Below, in pieces: positions 41,601 to 51,521 of a stretch of DNA of 64,000 nucleotides. The notes under the pieces were generated by a model that was given only the letters and a program-made list of their open reading frames with translations, was not told where the DNA came from and made no database searches. The DNA is from a virus. The DNA lies in IMG/VR virus record IMGVR_UViG_3300034103_001027, positions 42,834 through 106,833 of that record; one strand, 5' to 3'. The position numbers and the translations under genes are program-made. The first letter of the stretch is position 1, and each line of letters begins with the position of its first letter.

Positions 41601-44600
41601 TCGCCACCACCCGCAGTAGCCGCAACTACTGAACTTAATTCCTGCATACCGTGCGTACTGCACCATAATGCAGCCGCACGTATCGCCTGCCAAATTCTCA
41701 CCGAATCTAACCTGTCGGTCGTCCGGCTGCTGCTGAATAAACTCGATCATGTCTTCCCTGGTTACTACTTTCATCACTGCTCTCCCTTCGTCTCTTTAGA
41801 GACGGCATTAGCTTTCTCTTGAACGTACGACATGGCGTCACACCGAATCGTCGGAACCCCACGAATGATTGCCATTGCTCCTCCACCGAACTCATCAGTT
41901 CGCATTTTGCTACATGTGTATGCCCACGAGCAGAAGAATGGGTCATCGATCTCAAGCTCCTCAATTAACTGTCGAGCAATCGCGTCGACTGTAATCGGAC
42001 AGAACGACTCGTCTCCGATGAACAGCACTCCATCACCCTTGATCTCAATCTCCACTCCATACTCAAGATAAGACTCGTATTCGTCCTCACTTTCTCCGTA
42101 TTCTAGACATACAGATTTAGCCGCCTCGATCTTCGCTCTCTCAATGATCTCCTGAACGCGAGGCATCTTGTCTTTTGGTATCTCCATGAATGAACTGCTT
42201 TGTGAATAGTTATTGGCCATTTCATCTCTCCGTTTGTAAGGGTTAATTCCGCCACGAACCATCTCTAAAAAGACGGTTATATGGCAAGTCACCAGCGTGC
42301 CCACTCAGGCAACGCTTCGTAAGTTTCCTGCGCCAACTCTTCATATCGCATCGCCCATGGAATGTCGCCGCCAGTCCTCTTGGTTCTCGCCTCAAGGGAC
42401 AGCGAAGCGTATTGGCGTAGTTGTTTAACTGCATCCATGGCTTCCTTTCCTTTGCCAGGGAACATGACCCTAGCTTCAGTCATGGGCCGATCCCACATAG
42501 ACCGATAGAACCCACGCAAGTCCTCCTCGTCCATCCCGTCCAAGTTCGGGCTGCCAACCCAATTCCTGGACTTCTTCCTCGGTGTCGCCTTAAGTTCCTT
42601 AAGGTTCTCCAGTGCCCACTTTCGCATCGCAACAGCTTCGCTTCCTGCGCTATTGTGTCCGCCCCCATTATTCCAGGCGTCGTATAGTTCATCAGGAAGT
42701 TCCAAGCCGAACCGGCAGTAAACGTCATCCGGCACTGTCTCTGGTAATCCATCTGATCCATACGACCCAGATAGCGTCGTTTGGTAGTCACCCAGCTTCG
42801 CGCTGCCCATCATGAAGTGCCCGAATTGCGACATCTTCACGAAGCGAACTACACCCTTGAGCTTTCTGTACTTTTCGCTCTCGCCTTGCATGAGAATCAA
42901 GAATTCTCCGTGAGCGAACTGCTCTCCGCTGCTAGTATATCCTCGCTTTGTTGTTGTTACGAACATTAGTTGCCCCTCCAGTCGAGGTCTTGTGTTATGC
43001 AGATAGAACGGCGTCGCGTTAAGGCGAAACCAGCGGTCAGGCAGTCGTTCACATCAGCGGAAGTGTACTCGTTCCAGGTGGTAATGTATTCTTCGCACAG
43101 TTCCAGGAACTTCTTTTCTGCGGACTCATAGTCGTCGAATAAGTAAGCCTCTTCTAGTAAATTGCGGTCGATGATAACTACTAGTGTCTTATTCATGATT
43201 AACCTTTCTGCCGTCTCGAAAAAGACGGCCCGTGATGATAGTCTATACTTCCCCTACGATCTCAAGATCAGGGAAGCTTGGGATCTCTAGGGACCGAATA
43301 AATTCCTCAATTGTCGTACTTGGATCGCGTGCTTCAAGTTGATCCAATGGGATCAAGATACGACCTGATTGAGTGGCGTTGAACATTGCAATACCATTTG
43401 GCGTGTAGTATTCAACGTGCCCATCAAGCTCGTACCTGGTGTCCCGTTGAATCAAGATGGAGGCTCCAATTTCAATACAATACGCAACAGTGTCGTTGAA
43501 ATCACTTTGAGTGCATTCGTAGAAGTACCCGAAACCATCATCACCTAAGTCGCCTTCAAGGCACGGCGACAGCAAGCACTCGATCTTCTCTAATTGCTCC
43601 TGCGTTACCTTGCCGCCAATGTAAACCGATCCACTAAACCTGTCAGCCATGTTACACCTCCTCCCTGTCGTATGTATCACAAACCCCAAAAGCTTCTGCC
43701 GCATCGTCTGGATTCTGCTTAAGGTACCTAACCCTCTGCTGTAATGCGTCAATTAGCACGCCAACCGGAACATCCCTCGGTTCTTCGCAGTCGTGATTGA
43801 CTGTAAACGCCACGTCAAACATGGTGTTGTATCTCATCGCTCTCTCCTTAGTACTTGGATTTCTCTTGCCAAACAAACTTAACGCCTTCCGGTAGGTCGG
43901 CTGTCTGAAACTCTGCCACAATTGGAGCCATTGCATCGAACTGCTCCTTCGTTATCCTCCTATCGGTGCTAGTCCAATTGACCGTCACCTCATTAGTGTG
44001 GTTGTAGTAAATGTAGTTGATGCCGCTTCCGAACTTGTCAAGCATGAACAACTCAATATCACGGTCGATACGAAGCTTCTTGGACTTGTTATCAAAGTCG
44101 CAGAGAATCTCAAGCCGCTTCTGCGCCTTAAAGCGAGCTTTCTTTTCGGCGTCTCTTGCGGCGATAGATTCAGGTGAGTAGTACCCAGTTCTCCTTCTCT
44201 CAGCCACCAATTCCCTCATCTCTTTCGAGACGGGCTTGTAGTGCTTTCTTGTGGCTTTAGACTCGAACTTCTTGCCGGTCCACGCCTCAAGCTGGGCAAT
44301 AGCGGCATCTGCCTCTTGCTTCCATCTCTCGACAATACCCGTGTCCTCGAGGAGTATTTGAATCTCCTCATCGGATCGGCACTCAATGAATGCAGGAAGC
44401 TCAGCATCGGTCAGCCTGAGCGACTCCTTGAAGATGCGCAGGCACTCCTCCTTGCTCTTTGCCCAGCTTCCACTGCCACCGTGATACTCGACCCAGGGGG
44501 CACCGAGATACCCGGCCAGCCAGTACCACGCATTGCCTCCATGCATTGGGACGCCTTCCCAATCACACAGGTGAAGGTCAACGAACGGCTTGAGTTCTGG

Positions 44601-44846
44601 CCTGACCGAGAGTATCTCCTCGTGGCAACAGCCGCCACCAGCATCGACCCATCGACCTCGACCGTCCTTCTCTTTGATGTTTGCTGTTACAGAGAAGTCC
44701 TCATGGCCATTCTTACAGTCATCGTCCAGGGTTATTCGAATGTCGAACAACCGGCCACCCTTCCTCGCCACGATACTGTGCCGCAGGGTGTTAGTCGTTT
44801 CAGTTGTTTCAGTCATTTCATCTCTCCTTCGTCTCTTTAGAGACGG

Positions 44847-45008
44847 TTAGTGCGTCGTGACATTGCATTCGTACTTGCCTATCAAGTGCGATAATGCTTG
44901 GTTGGCATTGGGCCAGCTACACCAGCCCATGCCGTTCTTGTAAACAGAGCCGGACATGAAGATGTGATACACATCTGGTCCGACTCGAACTGTATAGATC
45001 AAGGTCAT
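44847..45008 (-). CDS. 53-aa gene (MTLIYTVRVGPDVYHIF...) bracketed by identical palindromes; not in the ORF track
   Basis: Hand-translated; AAGGGG RBS follows the palindrome, and the TAA abuts the next palindrome. Confidence 0.6.
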   Translation of the reverse strand: MTLIYTVRVGPDVYHIFMSGSVYKNGMGWCSWPNANQALSHLIGKYECNVTTH

Positions 45009-45315
45009 GCCATTGCCCCTTTCGTCTCTTTAGAGACGGTTAGTACATTTGGTCAGCCAATTGACATCGCAGTTCCTGAGCCAGGTCCAGGCAGTTTGAG
45101 CTTCTGTACACGCCGACATTCGCCCAGTACTGATGCAAGTACGCACCGCCACTAAAAGAGTTATCGCCGGTCTGGTAATCCCAAGAGCCGTCCTTGTCAG
45201 CTCCAACGGTTAGCTGTATCCCTGGTTTGTCGTCACCCTCGAAGGCAAGATAGTCATCCTCGATGTACTTCTTGATATGGCGACACAGCTCGTAGAGTTC
45301 TTTGATTGTTGGTTT

Positions 45316-45477
45316 CATTTGCTTTTCCTTAGTGAGTAGACTGATTCTCCAGGTGGCCAGATGCATGGCACGAGATACAGCGTGACGCCGCACTTCGGGC
45401 ACGTAATAGTCTCTGGTTCGGGCCAGCCAGGGACATTGATCATTTCTTTGCAGGCACCGCATGATTGACTAGTCATG
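45316..45477 (-). CDS. 53-aa zinc-ribbon protein (CGAC...CPKC); not in the ORF track
   Basis: Hand-translated; ATGA overlap at its start, and its stop overlaps the start of the next gene. Confidence 0.55.
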
Positions 45478-46510
45478 CGACGCCTCTGTCTCTCTTGCGA
45501 CGGTACGCTTACGCCTTATCCGGGTCACTAGGAACGTACATTCCCAGCTCTCCTCGTCACCGCTAATAAGCGCCGCTTCCCACATACAAGGGCGACACCA
45601 TAGCCTCGTTCGTTCGTCAGCCTCCCTGATAGCGGCCTGGCACATATTCTCAAGCCAACCCTCGCTACGGTCGTACAGGTCAGACGGAAGCTTCACTTTG
45701 TATTTATCCTTAACAGTGCTCATGCTGTTCTCCATGAAGTTGTTGGCGCTTCTTCGATGGCGTAACGTGTGCCATCGTCAATCAGAACTAGAGCCTCTCC
45801 AGGGAAGAGATCAGGCTTGCCGATGCAGATTGAGCCATCGGCGATCTTGGAATTTACAAGGGACATAATGTCCCCGAGGGTCGCGTCGTCCTCGTAGTCG
45901 CTGTAGTACACACAGGCTTTCGAGAAGGACACGAAGTGATTAGTGCCGTTGGTCATCAATCATCTCCTCATTAAGGGTTATATGGCAAGTCCTATCCGGA
46001 ATAATAGCGACAGAGACTTGAGGTCTGTCGCCATTCATGTTGATACCTACGACCCATCGGTGTGACTGGCACCCCGAGAGGAGGAGGGTAAGTAGCAGTA
46101 ATCCTTTACGCATGATAATCCTTTCTATTTGATCCATGAAAACTCATAGGGCCATTGCGACGGACTGCATGAATCGTGAATGCGTTGGTACGACCGAATA
46201 AGATCCCTATGACTCTCTGGCAGGCCATATATGGTAACCAGTCGATCCCAGGTGTGATTCTCGAAATCCACGTTGTACTCATCGTCTCCGATGAGGCATC
46301 CCGCCGCACACTTGAGGGTCTTACCGTCTCCTTCGAGATGATAGCGACATATAGCACCGGCTACACATCGCTCGCCCTGAGCGAGAAGATGCGCCTCGAT
46401 CTGTGCCTTAACCTCTTCCCGTGTTGCAAGGTGCAATGTCTTTAGCGTGATCATGATTAACCTTTCTTGTTGATGATTGCCGTCTCTAAAAAGACGGCCT
46501 CTTGCTTATA

Positions 46511-46552
46511 CAAAAACTTGCCATACAACGCAAGAGTGTTATATGGCAAGTC
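46511..46552 (-). terminator. Hairpin built from two inverted copies of the TTGCCATA motif, followed by T5
   Basis: Minus strand ACTTGCCATATAAC-ACTCTTGC-GTTGTATGGCAAGT-TTTT. Confidence 0.6.
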
Positions 46553-48771
46553 GATTCCAAAAATTACAGCAGGAACTCAGTCGTAGTCCCGCATACGATC
46601 CACTTGCCAACCTTGTAGTCCAGCGTGCCGCATGGATGGCGATGCGGGACAAAGACCACAAGGTCTAGGTACTGCAAGGCCAGGAACATCGGGCTATCCT
46701 TGGGCATGTCGACTGGAATTGATTCATGCGCTGGCCGCCAAGCGCCCTTCCACACTAGGCTTCGGTATGTATCAATAATCTCTTGCCTGGACAATCTAGC
46801 CCCGGTCTTTTCAAGGACGACTCTAATCGCCTCTCTAACCCATTTAGCGCGAGACCGACCGGCAGCCGCTCGATCTACTGGCTCTATGACGCAATTTACG
46901 TGCAGGTTTCTTTTGCTGGACCCAGCCCAATACCCGCATCCATCCCTGGACGCAGTGAAAAGCTCTCCATGCAGCCAGAACTTGTCGCCTGGCGCGAGCA
47001 ATCCAAACCGATAAACTGGCTTTATTTTTTTCGTTCTCATGTTTCCCTTTCACTCGTCTTTTTAGAGACGGTTGATTGTTGTTGCGCATTTTCCCTAAAG
47101 CAAATCCTGGATCTCGTCAGCTAGGCGATACGTGTACTTCAGTTCCTCGTCAGATGCCCACTGCATGATATATGCAGCGGTAACCCCTTTCATACTAATG
47201 CCACCACCGTGGGCCATCAAAAACTCGTCCACAATAGCCCTCATGGCTTCATTGAGATGCACCCACTGTCCGCCCACTGGAAGGTTCAGTGCTTCCGTCT
47301 CCTTGGCGCTAAACAGATCGCAGGAGGCGATGTCGCCCCAGCCGTCTGCATTAGACCAAAACAACATTACGTTGTTTTCCATGCTTCGAATCACATAGAT
47401 CATGGTTTCCCCTTCGTCTCTAAAAAGACGGTTAAGTGTTATTACGGATTGTCTCTAGGTTAAGACATGGATTTCGAGCGATTGTGGACAGAGCTGCCGT
47501 CCGGGTAGATATTGAGCCCAACGTAAAACGCCGGGAGCACTCGCCGATCCTCTCCTGCGGCCTCTGCGGCCAATCCCCTGGCAATGTCATCCAGGATACT
47601 GTACTGGCAGCCATCTTTGCAGATATTGGCGACAGTGACATTCCTTGGGTCAAAGCCTTCAGCCCGCAGCAGACCAACGACACTTCGCACGGGGGTTCTA
47701 CTTAGCACCTCAGGCAGGCGGTACACGAAGCTCGTGCTGTTGACTGTAATCTCAACTCTCATTTACTTCCCCTTCGTCTCTAAAAAGATGACTCTTAGCC
47801 CAGACGGACCTTCCGCCCGGCTCTCTTGAACACGCCGCCAACGGGTCGCTGCCGACCCAATTCGGGGCAGGCCGTAATGACCCAGCGCCCGTTTGGTTGC
47901 AACACCACGCGCCCAGGCCCAGCCGGAACCGGCCTTTTCAGGCTAGCATGTTCCATTGCCACTAGGCCCAACGCCTTCCTGGGTGGCATCCCATAGTGGG
48001 CACACATTGCCCGTATGGATACCCAGTGCCCATAGTATGGACAATTCATAGTAACTTTCCTTATACCAGGAGTCCCAAAACGAAACAAGCCAACAGCCCC
48101 GATAAGGCAATTGGCTAGCGTCGTCTCGAAAAAGACGGACCAAGGTCGGCGCGCACCCCGATGATAGTCCCCTTATGATAGTCCGCATCTTGCCGATTCA
48201 CCCGTCCCCAAGGCAGCCGCTGACCATCGGGCCAACCGCTGCTGTGTAGGACAGGTGAATCGTTTGAAACAACCGTCTCAAAAAAGACGGGTCAATCCCC
48301 AATCGGAAGTCTGGTAGTGCCGAATTCGGCGAATCCAACAAACGTATAGTTCGCCAAGGCTTTCACGCTATCGCTCCACTTCCGGCCATCCACGCCCAGG
48401 TCGTTCAGAATGTCCAAGAACACTTCGGCAGTCGCGCCGTAGTGACGATGCGTCTCAGCGTATGCCTCCCAGTAGAGGTTGCCAATCGCATCAAAGCCGA
48501 CTAGCACTTCAACTGGGCGGATATAATCCGGGTGTTCACACAGATACTTAGCAGCCATTTCGATTCCCCTTTGTTTCTAACCGTCTCAAAAAAGACGGCT
48601 TGCACCAATTACGGATTTTCTCCGTGGTGCTTTTGGTCCAATTGAGACAATGGAAACAAGTGAAACTTGCTTCCCCTACGCAACAAACGTAGGCTAACGA
48701 ATCCCGTAGGATACATTAGCCTACGCCGCCCCCCTAGTTTGAGGGGCGGAGAAGGTTATATGGCAAGTCGA

Positions 48772-49542
48772 TTAGGCGACTTCAGCGGTAGCCGCTGCAA
48801 AAGCTTCTCGAGCCATCTGATCTACTTCAGGGGCAAGCATTCCATCCAGCCAAACTGCCTTGTCGGCAAGGGCTTGGCTTACCACTAGATCGAACACTCT
48901 ACCGCTAAACTCAGGGCCGCCAGCCTTCAGCCAGTCAGCGATTAGCAGCAGCTTGTCATTGGTATCCGCTGGCAGGACCGCTGGAATAGGCGACTCAACC
49001 GTCTCTTGAGAGACGGTTGGATTGCCAGTCGCACTCTCGGGCTGCGCTTCCTCAGCCTTCTTCTTAGACTCAATCGCCCCTACAGCCTTAAGCTGCGCAT
49101 TCATCTGCTGGTTGAGCAGATTGCCAACGCTCCGCAAGCGGTTCCCGATGCACTTGCAATCCAATTCCCACTTGCGATACGCTTCGGCGTCTGCTGGAGA
49201 CGGGCGTACTTGCATGCGCATTTCCCGGACAACTAAGTCCCAATGGGCGTAGCTGGTCCATGCAAAGCCGCACTTGGCGCTAAACACCCCTTGGCTGACG
49301 TCGCGCTTCTTCTTCTTGGCAAGAGACTTCAGCGCTTCAACAATGGTCTCATTGCAAGACCAGAACGCCTTGATACATTGCAGCTTGTCGGCGCTCGCCG
49401 TATCAACGGTCGAGTCCGCAAACACTTCCCGCATGAATGGCTCCATCATCACGACGCGCTCACTGTCAGTCAGTCCATTCTCAATCTCTTGTGCCAGCAT
49501 ATCCCTAACGGCACTCTCGAACTTGGTCAGATTCTTGCTCAT
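48772..49542 (-). CDS. Hypothetical 256-aa protein, first gene downstream of the large structured RNA
   Basis: AAGGAG RBS overlaps a palindrome; a second palindrome lies inside the gene. Confidence 0.7.
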   Translation of the reverse strand: MSKNLTKFESAVRDMLAQEIENGLTDSERVVMMEPFMREVFADSTVDTASADKLQCIKAFWSCNETIVEALKSLAKKKKRDVSQGVFSAKCGFAWTSYAHWDLVVREMRMQVRPSPADAEAYRKWELDCKCIGNRLRSVGNLLNQQMNAQLKAVGAIESKKKAEEAQPESATGNPTVSQETVESPIPAVLPADTNDKLLLIADWLKAGGPEFSGRVFDLVVSQALADKAVWLDGMLAPEVDQMAREAFAAATAEVA

Positions 49543-49639
49543 TGCATTCTCCTTCGTCTCTTAAGAGACGACTAAAAACGGTTCGGCAGTATAGCGAAGG
49601 TGCTTGTCTGCTCTCGATTCACTCGACTTTGCAAGAGAA

Positions 49640-50340
49640 TCGAAAGCAGCCCTTGCACCAATAAGATACAAGGGCTGCCATTTTTAGTTTCTAGTTATGG
49701 TGAGAGTCGATGCCCCGCAGCAATCCAGACCCTTTTGGGGTACTGGTTGTAAAGCGCCCATATTGCCGCTTTACACTTCCCGTAGATAGCCCCTGCGATA
49801 CTTTCCGCCTATTTAATCGCGCCAAATTGTAGGCTATTGCTCACGCTAAAATCGGTTTCTAGTCTCCGATAGTGAATACCCGCTTTCCTAGTGTTTTGCC
49901 AGAACACCAGGCGTAAGAGACCCCCTTGATAGGTGGTGCATTGAATATCCGGCCTTTTATTGGCGACTACACGCCGCCTGACTACACGCAATAAACGCTA
50001 GAATCCGCATCATATCGCTATGAATGCGTTAGATTGTCGCGCTATCTACGTCGTAACATTTTATTGTTACAGCCCCCCGCTTTTCATGGCCTTCCTCAAG
50101 TCAGGGTTTCGCAGGGCGGTCAATACTAGCCATCGGTCTTGACAAGGGTAGTATTCCTGGAGCACACGGTTGGGTTTCCCCCAACTCAGTGACTGGTCCT
50201 AGTTTATCGAAAACTCGACTAGGACCCCGCTGATAATCTGCTATCGCAGCTTTCTGTCGCGATTACCGATGCGACAACCTAACATCATATGGGACAATCG
50301 TTCCTTGCATGCTTGTGTTGCTGTGATGCTATTTCCAATT
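49640..50340 (-). ncRNA. Candidate large structured ncRNA (about 620-700 nt) with a pseudoknot
   Basis: No credible ORF; more than 12 hairpins; long-range crossing helices; GNRA loops and G-U wobbles on the minus strand; upstream promoter and downstream terminator-like hairpin. Confidence 0.7.
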
Positions 50341-50347
50341 GCCTAGC

Positions 50348-50377
50348 ATTGTGGCAACTAAACATCGTATGGAACAA
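50348..50377 (-). promoter_or_regulatory. Putative promoter for the large RNA (TTGTTC-N18-CACAAT, extended -10 TG)
   Basis: Immediately upstream of the first hairpin; a palindrome copy lies at 50399-50416. Confidence 0.4.
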
Positions 50378-50786
50378 GTGAAACAATGGTTTCGGTTGTC
50401 GTCTTAGAAAAGACGGCTTGTGGCTTGTATAAGAATTAAGGCGAAAAATGCTTTTCAACGTGCTAATGGGGCGAATTTTCACATTAACTTTCAGTTTTGA
50501 GCGTCGTAAGTGCTTATTTGACAAGGGGTTACGAAAATCAGCCAGGTGATAAAGGGGTGGGACGGACCATTTGTCTTGTAGATATATATTGGTACAGCCC
50601 CAAAAATTTTTCACGATTTTCAAACTCCAATTCCCCTCTTTTAGTGGAGCATGCGAATCAAACGAATCAGGATTGGGCTAGAATCGACGCTGATCGAGCC
50701 TTGACTCTTTACACCTAATCACCCTCAAGTCGCTTCCTGACGCGAGTTAGGGGCCTTCTTGAGCGTTTGATGCGACCTGAGGGTCT

Positions 50787-50962
50787 TGAAGGTGCGAAGT
50801 AGGTGGAAGCACCAATTGCCCCTTTCAACGCTTTACGGGGCAATCTGATGCGTTTTAGGGCATCTATAGCCCCACGAGCGTCTTGTGGGGTGTTAGGTAC
50901 GGTGAGGAAGACGGTGATTCGGTGGTGAAGGTGCGGAATGGGTGGAAGTACCAATTGCCCCT
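50787..50962. repeat. 37-bp imperfect direct repeat (50787-50823 / 50926-50962)
   Basis: tgaaggtgcg...ggtggaag(c/t)accaattgcccct occurs twice. Confidence 0.8.
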
Positions 50963-51175
50963 AGCGCATTTGATACTGATCCCTGGTGTCCTTCTTGCGT
51001 TCCCTAGGGTTCCTTCCTGCCTTTCTTCACGGGATGCCTCTTCCCTTCTGCTCCTATTGCTTCGCTTACCCCTTGAGAGGCTATTGCTTGGCTATTGCCT
51101 CTTTATGGGGCTTGTTGAAGCAACTTGGAGCTATTAGTTATATGTTGCACCTTATTTCAAATGTGTACCATTATT

Positions 51176-51203
51176 TTGAAAGTCAATGAGGGAATCATAT
51201 ACT
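51176..51203 (+). promoter_or_regulatory. Promoter TTGAAA-N16-TATACT
   Basis: AT-rich region directly upstream of the second structured element. Confidence 0.65.
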
Positions 51204-51209
51204 GTTGCG

Positions 51210-51491
51210 CGTTTATGTCTCTATGTAGTTTCTAAGCAGGCCGCCCAGGGAGGAGGCAACCAAGAAGGGGCCTGGTTCACGCTGCTTTATGTCTCAAATG
51301 ACCTATTTTAGATCTCAACTGACCACAAAAGAGACGGAAAGCAGCCATTCAAACCCTTAATGGCTCGCTGGACGCCCTTATGTACCCCTAGAACGGCTTG
51401 AGACCCGATTAGTGCATGGAATCTTGCCATTAAGGTATCTGAAATAGACCCTAAATACACCAACAACTGGGTTGCCGAGTAGATTTTATGG
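51210..51491 (+). ncRNA. Candidate structured ncRNA (about 270 nt) with two pseudoknots
   Basis: Three stems plus two loop-to-downstream pairings; G-U wobbles on the plus strand; has its own promoter. Confidence 0.6.
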
Positions 51492-51521
51492 CGTTTTTCG
51501 CCAGAAAGAGCATCGAGGGAC

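Larger units (their letters stand above)
29378..49542 (-). other. Accessory/early region of roughly 55 small co-oriented hypothetical genes
   Basis: Dense minus-strand ORFs of 50-320 aa, mostly with GGAG RBSs and ATGA overlaps. Confidence 0.8.
37667..50416. repeat. About 20 dispersed copies of an 18-bp palindrome, consensus (C/T)CGTCT-N6-AGACGG
   Basis: Starts at 37667, 38655, 39666, 41788, 42259, 43211, 44216, 44829, 45022, 45486, 46480, 47054, 47414, 47774, 48121, 48273, 48581, 48999, 49554 and 50399. Confidence 0.95.

Noticed and set aside
49640-50340. Group I/II intron, RNase P or tmRNA identity for the large RNA
   Set aside because: It does not interrupt a gene, and I could not find the group I P7 core, group II domain V, RNase P P4 consensus or tmRNA tRNA-like ends by eye. 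A covariance search is still needed.
50370-50385. Canonical parS site (TGGAACAAGTGAAACA)
   Set aside because: Only 12/16 match to TGTTTCACGTGAAACA and not palindromic.
37667-50416. Palindromes as CRISPR repeats or Golden Gate (Esp3I/BsmBI CGTCTC) cloning scars
   Set aside because: Spacing is gene-sized and irregular, many copies are degenerate, and they are integrated with natural RBSs and codons.
49809-51189. Short ORFs in the switch region (49809-49991, 50285-50623, 50715-50954, 50883-51137 and others)
   Set aside because: No RBSs, atypical composition and non-ATG starts; the region is better explained as structured RNA and regulatory DNA.
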